64,000 nucleotides of DNA, taken from contig JBBFLE010000001.1 of assembly GCA_037481695.1 (NCBI GenBank), forward strand, positions 128,989-192,988, read 5' to 3'. The notes under the pieces are model-generated. The model saw nothing but the letters and a program-made list of their open reading frames with translations. It had not been told where the DNA came from and ran no database searches. The position numbers and the translations under genes are program-made. Shown piece after piece: positions 11,205 through 21,220 of the stretch (position 1 is its first letter; each line of letters begins with the position of its first letter). Source of the stretch: a bacterium (GTDB lineage: Bacteria; Desulfobacterota; Desulfocorpusculales; Desulfocorpusculum).

Positions 11205-12719
11205 TCAGTTGGATTTGAAAGGCTCGATTGGCTCCTCTTCACCCCAGCCCCCTCCCAGGGCCTTGTAAAGAGCCACAAGCTGCACGCAGCTATTACGAAC
11301 ACTCTGGATGAGCTCATCCTCGGAGCCGTAAAGAGCCCTTTGGGCCTGAAGCACGTTTAGAAAATCCGTCTGGCCTTCTACATAGAGTTTCAGGGCCAGA
11401 TCAACTGCCTTGCGATTGGCTTCCACCGCTTCTTCAATGGCCCTCCTGTGTTCCTGCTCCCTGGCTGCTGCCACCAGAGCATCCTCCACCTCCTTGAGGG
11501 CCTGAAGCACCGTCTGTCTGTAGGAAATTAGAGTCTGCTCCTGGATGGCTTCCCTTTGCGCTATTTCTGCCCTGACCCGGCCTGTCTCCAACAGCCTCCA
11601 GCTCAGCCCAGGACCGAAGGACCAGATCCGGTTCACCCAGCTGAACCAGTTGGCAGCATCGCTTGCCTGGAAACTCACAGAGCCTGTGATGGTGAACTTG
11701 GGGAAAAGCTCTGCCACAGCCACCCCCACCCTGGCCGTGGCCGCATGGAGCTCTGCCTCTGCCCTGCGGATGTCAGGCCTTCGCCTGAGCAACTCCGAAG
11801 GCACCCCCAGGGGTGCCTGTGGGGGATCTTGGGGTAATCCCCCGGGTTGGGAAAGCTCTTCCAAGAGGGCTCCAGGTTCCTGGCCCAGAAGGAGGCTCAG
11901 AGCATAGATCCTCTGTCTCTCTGAGGCCTTGAGCACCGGGATCTGAGCTTCTGTGGTTGCTGCCTGGGCCCTGGCATTGGCCACATCCAGGGCCCCTGCA
12001 AAACCAGCCTCGAACCTCTTTTTGGTGATCTGCGCTGTATGCAACTGGGCCTCCAGGTTCTTGGCAGCCACCGTGATCCTCTCCTGAACAGCCCTAAGCT
12101 CCCAATACTGCCTGGCCACCTCTGCTGCCAGGCTCACCAGCACATCCCGCCTGTTCTCGATGGCAACCTGGACCTCTGCTCCTGCGGCCTCCAGTCCCCG
12201 ACGGATCCCTCCAAAGAGGTCCAGTTCCCAGGCTGCATCAAAGCCCGCTTCATAGTGATCTGAGATCAGCCCCTCTGTTCGGCCCCCTCCCCCCGGTCCT
12301 GTAGGCACGGTCACAGGAGTGCGGGTTCTCCTGAAATCAACGGAGCCTGCCACCTTGGGCCCAAGGGAACCTGCGGCCGCTGCCCTGAGGGCCCTGGCCT
12401 GAGCTATGCGCGTCTCGGCCACCTTCAGATCCAGGTTTGATTCCACGGCCCGCTCCACAAGGGAACTCAGCAGTGGATCCTGGAAGATTTCCCACCAGCG
12501 GGCCAGCTCTTTCTGGCCCTTTTCCCATGAGGCAGCACCAATAGCCAGGGGGGATGCCTCAATCCACCCCTGGGGAAGGCTCATTTCTGGTTTCTTGAAA
12601 TCAGGACCCACAGCACATCCCTGAATCAGCCAGGAAAAGACCGTTGCCGCTACAATGATCCGTAGAGCCCCAAGCACCCCTCGGGGCCTTCGGGCACATC
12701 TCATGAGCTCAATGGCCAT
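11205..12719 (-). CDS. Efflux transporter outer-membrane lipoprotein, NodT/TolC family
   Basis: Lipobox LIQGC; two repeated outer-membrane efflux domains. Confidence 0.8.
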   Translation of the reverse strand: MAIELMRCARRPRGVLGALRIIVAATVFSWLIQGCAVGPDFKKPEMSLPQGWIEASPLAIGAASWEKGQKELARWWEIFQDPLLSSLVERAVESNLDLKVAETRIAQARALRAAAAGSLGPKVAGSVDFRRTRTPVTVPTGPGGGGRTEGLISDHYEAGFDAAWELDLFGGIRRGLEAAGAEVQVAIENRRDVLVSLAAEVARQYWELRAVQERITVAAKNLEAQLHTAQITKKRFEAGFAGALDVANARAQAATTEAQIPVLKASERQRIYALSLLLGQEPGALLEELSQPGGLPQDPPQAPLGVPSELLRRRPDIRRAEAELHAATARVGVAVAELFPKFTITGSVSFQASDAANWFSWVNRIWSFGPGLSWRLLETGRVRAEIAQREAIQEQTLISYRQTVLQALKEVEDALVAAAREQEHRRAIEEAVEANRKAVDLALKLYVEGQTDFLNVLQAQRALYGSEDELIQSVRNSCVQLVALYKALGGGWGEEEPIEPFKSN

Positions 12720-12726
12720 GTCACCC

Positions 12727-14088
12727 TCACTCGTACCTCAGGGCCTCTATGGGATCCAACCTGGATGCCTTCCAGGCCGGATAGAACCCAAACACAATGC
12801 CCACGCTGGCAGAGACCGCCACAGCAGCCGCCACGGCCTCTGGAGAAGACTCCACGGGCCAGCGAAGCGTAAGCCACACCAGATAAGAGCCTCCCTGTCC
12901 GGCCAGTATGCCGAGGGCTCCGCCCGCCAGACACAACACCACTGCCTCTACCAGAAACTGCTGCAGCACATCCCTGGCCCTTGCCCCCACTGCCATGCGA
13001 AGCCCTATCTCACGGGTTCGCTCGGTCACCGAGACCAGCATTATGTTCATGATCCCCACCCCGCCAACCACAAGCGATATCATGGCCACCCAAAGCAACA
13101 GATTGGTCATCAGGGATGTGGTAGAGGCAAAGGTGCGGGTCACCTCGGTCATGTCCCTGATGTTGAAATCATCCGGCTCCCCTGGCCTTATCCTGTGCCT
13201 TTCCCTGAGCAACGCCTGCACCTGTTCTATGGCAGAGGGGATCTCCTCTGCGCTTTTGGCAGCCACCAGTATCTGATCTATGTTGGCGAAGCGCACTGGC
13301 ATGGGCTGGGCCGCGGCCTGAGCCTCGGACCTTTCCGGATACAGCTGCACGCCCGAAGATGGATAGAGCCTGCTCATGGTGCTGCCCGTGGTACTGCTGG
13401 TGCTCTGGTTGGCGCTCTGGAGGCTGGATCCTGTGACCCTGTACTTGATGGTAGTCCATGGAGCAAGAAGGATGTCGTCTTGGTCCATGCCCATCATGTT
13501 GGCCCCCTTGGAACTCAACACTCCAACCACTCTGAAGGATACGTTCTTTACCCTGATCTCCTTGCCCACGGGCGACTCTCCTCCGAAGAGTTCCCTCACC
13601 AAGGTTTGGCCCAAAAGACAGACCTTGGATCCATTGAGCACATCCCTTTCGGTGAAGGGCTCTCCTTCTGCCAGCTCTGTCCACTCGCGCACATCCAGAA
13701 AGGCTGGGGTTGTACCATACATCACTGCCGGCACCCAGTTGCGGTTTCCGTAAACCACCTGGGTTCGTGCCCTCACCACAGGGGCCACGTTCCTCACTGC
13801 TGGGCAATCCCTGAGTATGGCCTCTGCATCCTCAGCAGTAAGGGTCACCACGCTCCCAGCCCCGAAGCTCACCCCTCCGCTGGCTGCAGTGCCCGGAAAG
13901 ATCAACAAGACATTGGCACCCATGCTGGCTATGGTCCTCTTGATGGCCGATGAGGAGCCGACTCCTATCTCCATCATGGCTATCACAGCCCCCACGCCTA
14001 TGACTATGCCCAAGGTGGTAAGCAGCGCCCTCATGGGATTCCTTCTCAGGGAGCGCAGGGCTGTCTTCACTGTTCTATAGATGGTCAC
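12727..14088 (-). CDS. ABC transporter permease, MacB/FtsX family
   Basis: N-terminal TM helix, large periplasmic domain, C-terminal FtsX-type 3-TM bundle. Confidence 0.8.
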   Translation of the reverse strand: MTIYRTVKTALRSLRRNPMRALLTTLGIVIGVGAVIAMMEIGVGSSSAIKRTIASMGANVLLIFPGTAASGGVSFGAGSVVTLTAEDAEAILRDCPAVRNVAPVVRARTQVVYGNRNWVPAVMYGTTPAFLDVREWTELAEGEPFTERDVLNGSKVCLLGQTLVRELFGGESPVGKEIRVKNVSFRVVGVLSSKGANMMGMDQDDILLAPWTTIKYRVTGSSLQSANQSTSSTTGSTMSRLYPSSGVQLYPERSEAQAAAQPMPVRFANIDQILVAAKSAEEIPSAIEQVQALLRERHRIRPGEPDDFNIRDMTEVTRTFASTTSLMTNLLLWVAMISLVVGGVGIMNIMLVSVTERTREIGLRMAVGARARDVLQQFLVEAVVLCLAGGALGILAGQGGSYLVWLTLRWPVESSPEAVAAAVAVSASVGIVFGFYPAWKASRLDPIEALRYE

Positions 14089-14100
14089 GGCATGCCTCCC

Positions 14101-14835
14101 CTAACTGGATCCATGGAACTCATGAGCCACAGGTGGCTCTTTTTGAATGCGTCCGTCGTGGATGTGAATTATGCGCCTGGCGTGTCCTGCCACATGTGGA
14201 TCGTGGGTCACCAGCACCACCGTGACCCCTTCTTGCCTGTTCAGCTCCTCAAAGAGGCTCAGCACCTCTTCGCTGGTGGCAGAATCCAGATTTCCTGTGG
14301 GCTCATCGGCCAGAAGAAGTGGAGGTCTGTTTACGAGAGCCCGGGCTATGGCCACTCTTTGCTGTTGGCCTCCCGAGAGTTGAGATGGCTCATGATGCAG
14401 TCTCTGTGCCAGCCCCACCCTGGCCAACACCTCCCTGGCCCTCCTCCTGGCCTCGCGCTCCGAGAGCTGACCCGCTGTATATGATAGGGGCATGGCCACA
14501 TTATCCAGGGCGCTGGTGCGGGGAAGAAGATTGAAATTCTGGAACACGAATCCTATTTTTTTGTTCCTCACCATGGCCCTTTGGTCCGCGGTCATACTGG
14601 ATACCTCCTCGCCGTCCAGCCAGTAACGGCCGCTTGTGGGCCTGTCCAGGCAACCAAGGATGTTCATGAGGGTTGTCTTGCCAGAGCCCGAAGCCCCCAT
14701 TATGGCTGCAAACTCCCCCCTGGCCACCTCCAGTGACACATCCCTTAGCACCTGCACTTCCACCTCTCCCATGCGATAGTTCTTGCACACCGATACGAGT
14801 CTGATGAGAGGCCCCCCTTGCTCCTGGCTTTCCAA
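14101..14835 (-). CDS. ABC transporter ATP-binding protein (MacB/LolD-type)
   Basis: Walker A GASGSGKTT, signature LSGGQQQRVAIARAL, Walker B LLLADEPTGNLD. Confidence 0.85.
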   Translation of the reverse strand: MESQEQGGPLIRLVSVCKNYRMGEVEVQVLRDVSLEVARGEFAAIMGASGSGKTTLMNILGCLDRPTSGRYWLDGEEVSSMTADQRAMVRNKKIGFVFQNFNLLPRTSALDNVAMPLSYTAGQLSEREARRRAREVLARVGLAQRLHHEPSQLSGGQQQRVAIARALVNRPPLLLADEPTGNLDSATSEEVLSLFEELNRQEGVTVVLVTHDPHVAGHARRIIHIHDGRIQKEPPVAHEFHGSS

Positions 14836-14849
14836 GTTCTCCCTCCTGC

Positions 14850-16187
14850 TCAGCGCATGCCTCTGCCAGCTCCCGGCGTCACTTGAGGAGTGAAGGGAGT
14901 CACGCTGCCGGCTGCTTGCCTGGGGGCTGCCTGCTGCCCCACCACCACCTCCAGACCCTCCTTGAGGTTTTCTCCCTGAACCTCGGTGCGCAACCCATCA
15001 CTCAGGCCAACCAAGACCCTCAGGGGCTGCAACTTGGAACCATCCCCCACCACCCAGAGAATCCCTTGGTTGGGACCCGATACCTGCACAGGCTTGCCTC
15101 CGGTGTCAGATCCAGCCCTCCTGCTCTCCCTGGATGAGTCTGCTCTGGAGTACTGGCCTGGCTGGGGTCTCCATTTGAGGGCCGAGTTGGGCACCAGCAA
15201 TACGCCCTTTTTCTCCTCCAGATGGAAACTCACATTGGCAGATAGGTAGGGTAAAAGCTTACCGCTGGAGTTGTCCGTCAACACCTCCACGGTGTACGTC
15301 ACCACGTTCTGGGTCATGGAAGCATTCAGACGTATTTTTCCCACCTCTCCCCTGAAGGTCTCTCCGGGAAAAGCATCCACGGTGAAGCTCACAGGCTGCC
15401 CCGGTCTTATCCTGCCTATGTCCGCCTCGTTCACGGCCACCCAAACCTGCATTCGTCTGAGATCCTTGGCTATGAGAAAAAGGCTTGGAGCGTTGAGGCT
15501 GGCCACCACTGTCTGTCCTATGTTCACCCTGCGATCTATTATCACGCCCTTCACAGGTGAACGGATGGTGCAGTAACTTAGGTTTCTCCTGGCCCTCTGT
15601 AAGGTGGCCTCTGCCTGGGCCACCCCGGCCCTGGCCTGGGCTACTGCAGCCTTGCCCACAGCCAGGTTGGCTGCTGCCACCTCATAAGCCGATTGGTAAG
15701 AGTCATAGCTGGCCTGGGAAAGAGCCTCGGATGGCCCCAGCCTCTGAGCTCGCTTCCAATCCCTCTCGGCTTGCTGGAGTTTGGCCTTCAACTGCTCCAG
15801 ATCGGCCTCGGCCTTCTGAAGCGAGGCCCTCGCAGACTGTAGCTGAGCCTCAGCCTGTGCCACCTCGGCTGCATACAGGGAGTCGTCTATGCGGGCCAGG
15901 ACAGTACCCTCCTCCACCAGGGAGCCATAGTCCACGGGCCTGCCAGCAGAGTCTGTCCCGAAAGAGACTATCTGACCAGCCACCTGGGCACCCACGTCCA
16001 CCACCTCCTCTGGTTCCACAGTGCCGGTGGCGCTGATGGTGACCATGATGTCTCCCTTCTCCACCTTGGCTGTCCTGAAGGAGGCCGCATCAGGCTTGGT
16101 CTCCTGACCCCTGAGATATACCCATCCTCCCAAGCCAAGACCAAGGAGGAAAAGCGCTCCCATGCCCATCTTTGTGATTCTTCTCAT
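14850..16187 (-). CDS. Efflux periplasmic adaptor subunit (MacA/HlyD family)
   Basis: Signal-anchor, long Ala/Gln-rich coiled coil, beta-barrel domains; first gene of a MacA-ATPase-permease-OMP operon. Confidence 0.8.
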   Translation of the reverse strand: MRRITKMGMGALFLLGLGLGGWVYLRGQETKPDAASFRTAKVEKGDIMVTISATGTVEPEEVVDVGAQVAGQIVSFGTDSAGRPVDYGSLVEEGTVLARIDDSLYAAEVAQAEAQLQSARASLQKAEADLEQLKAKLQQAERDWKRAQRLGPSEALSQASYDSYQSAYEVAAANLAVGKAAVAQARAGVAQAEATLQRARRNLSYCTIRSPVKGVIIDRRVNIGQTVVASLNAPSLFLIAKDLRRMQVWVAVNEADIGRIRPGQPVSFTVDAFPGETFRGEVGKIRLNASMTQNVVTYTVEVLTDNSSGKLLPYLSANVSFHLEEKKGVLLVPNSALKWRPQPGQYSRADSSRESRRAGSDTGGKPVQVSGPNQGILWVVGDGSKLQPLRVLVGLSDGLRTEVQGENLKEGLEVVVGQQAAPRQAAGSVTPFTPQVTPGAGRGMR

Positions 16188-16424
16188 TGCGAAATCCTCT
16201 TTGGGGCCTCAAAAATCTTCACTTTCTTCCCATAAAGCAAGGGCGATGCCAGAGAACTCCTGAGTTGCAACCTGCTCCTGCCCCCAGAAGGAAGAGCCTT
16301 GGCTCTGAGCCCATACGCAAGGCCCCTTCTCTCCCAGGGCTGGCCTGTTGGAAATCCCTTGAGCAGTCCACCCGCCTCGACAATTTTGGCGCCATTTCGA
16401 CACAAACGTCGAGAGGGAGGTCTC

Positions 16425-17660
16425 TTATCCTGAGTGTCTGGGACTGTCCAGCCTTCCTATGACCAAGAAGGCTGCCATGCCTCCAATCCCCAGGGAGCAG
16501 AAGGCCCAGCCCCAGGTCTCATAGGGGATCTGGCCCTGGGGATTTGTCAGGTCCAGTACGGCTCCGAAGACAAGGGGGGCCACCGCTCCTGCACCAAAGC
16601 CCAGCAGTGAGCGAAGTCCCAGTGCTGCTCCAAGATAAGAGGGTCTCACGCTCTCGGTGAGGGCTGCTGATAGCACCGGAGAGTCCCCGAGGGAGGAAAA
16701 TGCGTACAAGCCTCCCAACGCCATCACCATTGCCAGGGGCAACCCCACGGTCCAGCCAAAGCAAAAGGAACAGGCTGCGCTCACCCCGGCCATGGCCAGC
16801 ATGACCTGCTTTCTACCCAATCTGTCCGAGAGGGCTCCCATGGAAAAGGAGGCCACAAGCCCCATGATGTGAAAAAGCGAGGTCACCCTGGCACCTGAGC
16901 CTGCGGCCGTCATCTCCTCTGCCCCACCAACGGCCAGGCAGGCTGCCAGAAATGCCGGGGTCCAGGACCACATTCCCTGCAATTCCCAGTTGTGAAAAGT
17001 ATAACCCCAAATCAGGAGCATGGCACGCCTGTTGCGTAGAACCTCCCTGGTGAATCTATCTCCTTGCTGGCGGCCGGCAGCCTCAACACTTGTTTTTCTC
17101 AAGGTGAGAAGTGCCATGGCCCAGCCCACCAGAGGACCAGAGCATGTCACCAGAAAAGAAAGTCTGTAACCACCCAGGGGAATCAAAAGACCGCTCAAAG
17201 CCAGCGACAGGGCGTATCCGCAAGAGGTGCTTGCTATGAAGGCCCCCACCGCCATCCCTCTACTGCTGGGGGCGAACTGATCCGCTATGATCATGACCCC
17301 GGTGGTGTAGCTCCCGCCCAGGGCCAGGCCCACGATGGTATAAAGCAATAGCGCAGAGTAAAAACCCCCTGCCAAGATGGCGAAACCCAGGGCGCAGATG
17401 CCTCCAGCAAGGAGAGACAAAAGGTAAACTTTCTTGGGACTCACCCTGTCCGCCAGGCTGGAGCATGCCACAAGCGAGACCGCATAACCGATCTGAAAGC
17501 CGCTGGATACGGCGCCTGCCTGGGCTCCGGACATTCCCCACTCCCTCTGGAGTAGGGGTATGGCTGCAGGGTAGCTCATAAAGACAAGACCGTTGAACAC
17601 GCGCGAGACGCAAATCCCTGCCAGCCAAAGATCAAACCCTGTTCTGTGGCCACCAGCCAT
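16425..17660 (-). CDS. MFS transporter
   Basis: 411 aa, about 12 predicted TM helices, MFS-type loop motifs. Confidence 0.75.
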   Translation of the reverse strand: MAGGHRTGFDLWLAGICVSRVFNGLVFMSYPAAIPLLQREWGMSGAQAGAVSSGFQIGYAVSLVACSSLADRVSPKKVYLLSLLAGGICALGFAILAGGFYSALLLYTIVGLALGGSYTTGVMIIADQFAPSSRGMAVGAFIASTSCGYALSLALSGLLIPLGGYRLSFLVTCSGPLVGWAMALLTLRKTSVEAAGRQQGDRFTREVLRNRRAMLLIWGYTFHNWELQGMWSWTPAFLAACLAVGGAEEMTAAGSGARVTSLFHIMGLVASFSMGALSDRLGRKQVMLAMAGVSAACSFCFGWTVGLPLAMVMALGGLYAFSSLGDSPVLSAALTESVRPSYLGAALGLRSLLGFGAGAVAPLVFGAVLDLTNPQGQIPYETWGWAFCSLGIGGMAAFLVIGRLDSPRHSG

Positions 17661-18001
17661 GGCAGCTTATCCCCCCATGGAAACAGCCCAGGCTTTTGCG
17701 CCTGAGGACTATCGCAGGCTCAAAGCCTATCATGCCAAGGCCAAATTTGCCCAGAGGCAAGCTTCCAAACAGGGCACAGTCAATGATCTTGTGTGGACAA
17801 AAGGAGCCCCCTTAGGAGCTTGGGCCCGGATCCTGGTGGGAGATGAGCTCCTTGGGCATTCATCTGACCCATGCGGGTCCTGAATCATGACCTGAGGGCA
17901 TGTTCTTAGCCTCAGATCCCATGTGCCAGGGGTGTGAGGCCGGCTTCTTCACCCATCCTGGGAAAGACTGCGGCCTGGGCAAGAGCTCCAGCTTCCCGTG
18001 C

Positions 18002-18559
18002 TCATTGGGCTCCCAGCTCCTTGAGCCTGCCTGGCACCCCCCAGGAGATGAGCAGTTCACTGACACATGGAGGCACCATGTGTTGCCATGGCTTCCCCAT
18101 GGCCATGCGCTTTCTCACATCAGTTGCGCTCAGGCCTTTCTGGCTGGGCTCTCTGACCCAAAGGATCTGTGTTCTGAGGCCGAGCGCCTGGAATTTCTCC
18201 AGCTTTCTCCTTCCCCAATCGTCATATATGGTGAGGAAGAAAACAGCATCCAATGGCACATAGTACCTGTAGAGCTGGGGCAGGTTGACGGGAAATGGAA
18301 CCACGGAAAACTCCTCGTGAGAGATACCTGCCTCGGTCAAACTTCTTTTTACAAGCACATAGCGCTCAAAGTACGTAAGGGGGTTGGCCTGCGGTTTGCT
18401 TCTGTTGGGGTCGGCTGGATCATCTCTGGTGAGAAAAGGATCCGGATTTGTTATGCCCACCACCAGATGGCCGCAATGTTTCTTGCCGGTCAGAAGGTAC
18501 CTCAGGTGATCGTTGTGGAGCACCTGAAATCTGCCGTGGATCACACCGATCTCATTCAT
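18002..18559 (-). CDS. Cytidylyl/adenylyltransferase-like nucleotidyltransferase (HxGH class)
   Basis: GVIHGRFQVLHNDH motif (nucleotidyltransferase alpha/beta phosphodiesterase superfamily); start at MNEIGV; overlaps the upstream CDP-alcohol transferase gene by 8 nt. Confidence 0.6.
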   Translation of the reverse strand: MNEIGVIHGRFQVLHNDHLRYLLTGKKHCGHLVVGITNPDPFLTRDDPADPNRSKPQANPLTYFERYVLVKRSLTEAGISHEEFSVVPFPVNLPQLYRYYVPLDAVFFLTIYDDWGRRKLEKFQALGLRTQILWVREPSQKGLSATDVRKRMAMGKPWQHMVPPCVSELLISWGVPGRLKELGAQ

Positions 18560-19205
18560 GGGCCTTATCCTCTGTGCATTGCCTGTAAGCCCGCAATATC
18601 CTCCCAAGCACGAGGCCATTGGTGTGCAGAGCCAGATAGATCATGGCCACAGCCGGCGCCTCGGCCCAAAAGGCACCGGCTAGCCCGCAAAGGGCAATGA
18701 CAGAGTTCCTCGTCCCCTTGCTTGCCAGGGTGGGTTTGCCCATGGAGAGGCCAAGCACCTCGGCCCTGGCCGTGGTGTAGCTTACCAACCCCGTGCCAGC
18801 CAGCGCCATAAATCCCATGGTGAGCCAGGCCCACAGGGGCAGGAAAAGGGAAAGACGGACCAGATACACGGTCAGGCCCATGACAATGGCCCCGTCTGCA
18901 TAACGATCCATGATGGAATCCAAAAATGCCCCTGCCCGGCTCTCCCTTTTTGTCAGCCTGGCATATTGGCCGTCCACCCCATCCAAGACCTGGGAGGTCA
19001 AGGTGAGCACCCCGGCCAGCCAGGCCATCCCCAGTGCAAAGCAAGCCCCTGCTGCCACGCCCAGGAGCGACCCCGCCAGGGTGATCATCCACGGCCTGAC
19101 CCACGGGATGAGCTGGATCCGCTGGGTCAGATGTGAGCTCAGGTGAAGCTTGATCCACCTGAGCACGAAACGGTCCGTGGGCTTTGTCTGCCAGGAGGTG
19201 GTCAT
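18552..19205 (-). CDS. CDP-alcohol phosphatidyltransferase family protein
   Basis: DGVDGQYAR-x8-G-x3-D-x3-D signature; multi-TM. Confidence 0.7.
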   Translation of the reverse strand: MTTSWQTKPTDRFVLRWIKLHLSSHLTQRIQLIPWVRPWMITLAGSLLGVAAGACFALGMAWLAGVLTLTSQVLDGVDGQYARLTKRESRAGAFLDSIMDRYADGAIVMGLTVYLVRLSLFLPLWAWLTMGFMALAGTGLVSYTTARAEVLGLSMGKPTLASKGTRNSVIALCGLAGAFWAEAPAVAMIYLALHTNGLVLGRILRAYRQCTEDKAHE

Positions 19206-19414
19206 CTGGGTCAGGAATCCCTTTTTTTGAGACCGTCTCTAGTTTAGCAATGGGCCTGCTATCCAGCAATGCGTGCCAAGCCAAGAAGGTTTGTGGCTAC
19301 CCAACTCACACTGCTGCCCCCTTTTTATATCCCAACTCTGGCACTTCCTGGCAGGGTGGGTTTGGTGAGGGCTTCATTTCTCTGTACCGGGCATTCAAGG
19401 TTTTTCCCTTTGGC

Positions 19415-19497
19415 TGGTGCCAGGCACCATATCTTGAGAAACTACAATGCTGGTTTAATGATATTGAGATGTTGCATGAGCATTGGTGCCAGGCACC
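19415..19497. repeat. Two identical perfect 15-bp palindromes TGGTGCCAGGCACCA (19415-19429 and 19483-19497), 68 bp apart, in a lower-GC intergenic region
   Basis: Read directly from the sequence. Confidence 0.6.
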
Positions 19498-19528
19498 AGG
19501 TATTTAAAAGGGGTATCGCCCAAACCAA

Positions 19529-20163
19529 ATGTACAAGATAATTACACCGGGTGGGGCTGAGTGGTATCCGCCAAAAGGAAGGTGCTGGAAAAATGTAGAG
19601 GAAGTCTATCTCCAGCTTGTTAGGGAAGGCAGAATGTGGTTTGGCCAAGATGGCATGGGTATACCGAGGGGGAAAGCCTATTTATCAGAGTATCAGGATA
19701 ATGCGGTATGGTCTGGTCATGGTGGACAAACAAGGAAGTGGGTCATAACCAAGAGGCACGGAAGGAGGTAATTGCGCTTTTCGGGGATCCTCACGCACTC
19801 ATGACTTCTAAGCCTGAAAGGCTAATAAAGCGGATAGTCCTTACAGGTTCTGAGAGCAGATCAATCGTCTTCGACTATTTCTCCGGCTGTGGCACTACGG
19901 GCCATGCGTTGATCAACCTCAACCGCCAGGGAGGCGCTATCTGGTCTATGGCGGCCTCAGGCGCGAGGGTCAGCACGTCTTGGTTATCTAGGGCGAAACC
20001 GCGGGCTGGATGGAGGCACTCTACCAGGGCGACCGCGACTTTGTGGCCGAACACAAACTCACTGAAGGCGCGGACTTGATCTACGTCAACGGCGATTCTT
20101 TCATCCCCGGCGCGCGAGCGCTGGAGAGCGTGTTCAAGGCAAAAATGTTTGCGGAGGCTTTAT
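19529..20163 (+). pseudogene. Frameshifted remnant of a type III R-M Mod-like N4/N6 DNA methyltransferase (C-terminal part only)
   Basis: Adjacent ORFs in different frames encode the conserved C-terminal block of PF01555-type methylases (KPERLIKRIV...IVFDYFSGCGTTGHA) and a tail ending at 20163; N-terminal domains absent. Confidence 0.55.
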
Positions 20164-20479
20164 GAGTACGTCCGTAAAAATCCCCATCCCTCACCAGGCC
20201 ATTGCAGACTTTTGCCGCCGTTGGGGTATCGTGGAACTCTCCCTGTTCGGTTCCGTGCTGCGGGAGGATTTTCGACCCGATAGCGACGTGGATGTGCTGG
20301 TTTGCTTTGCGCCAAATGTGTCCTGGGGATTTCAGGAGTGGCTCCAAATGGCCCAGGAACTAGAGCAAATCCTGGGCCGCAAAGTGGACCTAGTGGAACG
20401 CCGCCAGGTCGAACAGAGCAAGAACTACATTCGCCGCAAACACATCCTGGACCATTTGGAGACGGTCTATGTGGCGTGA
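20162..20479 (+). CDS. Nucleotidyltransferase (MNT-type antitoxin)
   Basis: [18 protein letters not shown] (GS-x-D-x-D minimal NTase motif); 105 aa; overlaps the HEPN partner. Confidence 0.8.
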   Translation: MSTSVKIPIPHQAIADFCRRWGIVELSLFGSVLREDFRPDSDVDVLVCFAPNVSWGFQEWLQMAQELEQILGRKVDLVERRQVEQSKNYIRRKHILDHLETVYVA

Positions 20480-20810
20480 CGCAGCTTACCTCCTGGATAT
20501 GCTGATCGCGGCCCGCGATGCCCTAGAGTTCAGCCGCGACCTCACCTGGGAGCAATTTCAAGAGAGTTCCCTGCATCAGCATGCGATTGCCAAAGCCCTG
20601 GAAAATATCGGCGAAGCCGCGCGCAAAATCTCGGCAGAGACTCGCGCTGCACATCCCGAGATCCCGTGGGCGCAGGTCATCGCCCTGCGAAACCGGATTG
20701 CCCATGACTACTTCCACCTGAACCTGGCCGGAATATGGGACATCATCCAGCGCGAAGTTCCTGAGTTGATCGCCTTGATTGAACCGCTTGTGCCGTCGGA
20801 GGAGCCATGA
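20469..20810 (+). CDS. HepT-like HEPN toxin (DUF86)
   Basis: RNRIAHDY R-x4-HxY HEPN motif; 113 aa; 11-nt overlap with MNT. Confidence 0.8.
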   Translation: MWRDAAYLLDMLIAARDALEFSRDLTWEQFQESSLHQHAIAKALENIGEAARKISAETRAAHPEIPWAQVIALRNRIAHDYFHLNLAGIWDIIQREVPELIALIEPLVPSEEP

Positions 20811-20899
20811 GAACCACTCCCAATACCAAACGCCGGCTATCCCCACCTGCTCAGGCTAGCAACAACGCCAGTGAGGAATACACCCCCGGCTGGAACACC

Positions 20900-21220
20900 G
20901 GCTCGCTCTCTTGGCCTGGCTCAACAGCCAGCTCGGCTACTCAAGCAACCGCGAACTGCTGGAGGACATGAAGCAGGCCGACGAGGGCTTTGACGCTTCC
21001 GGGCGCAGTCACATCTACCATCGGCTCCTCTCGCGCGGCAGCAAGGTGCGAATCCCCCGAGGACCTGGCGCGTTACGATGACAACATCCGCGCGCACCTG
21101 GCGGCCATCAACGCCCGCCGTAGCCAGCCCATCACCCTGCTCTACTTCCAGTACCTGGCCTTCCTCTACACCGAAATCGTCCTTGCACCTAGATTTCATC
21201 TTTCACCGCCACCCAGCTGA
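20900..21220 (+). pseudogene. Frameshifted fragment of an unidentified gene (two adjacent frames: ...WLNSQLGYSSNRELLEDMKQADEGFDASGRSHIYHRLL... / ...DDNIRAHLAAINARRSQPITLLYFQYLAFLYTEIVL)
   Basis: Short ORFs without start or RBS lying between HepT and the DUF499 gene; family not recognised. Confidence 0.25.

Noticed and set aside
12655-13953. 432-aa plus-strand ORF antisense to the MacB permease gene
   Set aside because: His/Gly/Pro/Arg-rich low-complexity translation typical of the antisense strand of a GC-rich gene. No RBS and no domain. The MacB reading is clearly the real one.
17900-18700. 266-aa plus-strand ORF overlapping the nucleotidyltransferase gene
   Set aside because: The minus-strand frame carries the HxGH nucleotidyltransferase motif and operon context. 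The plus ORF has no recognisable features.
18565-19284. 239-aa alternative frame over the CDP-alcohol phosphatidyltransferase gene
   Set aside because: Gly/Pro/His-rich out-of-frame translation. The other frame carries the DG-x2-AR-x8-G-x3-D-x3-D signature.
19405-19440. Possible sigma54 promoter (TGGCAC-N5-TTGA) within the palindrome
   Set aside because: The -12 element does not match (TTGA versus TTGC/GC), the second copy is worse, and no EBP or obvious target gene lies downstream.
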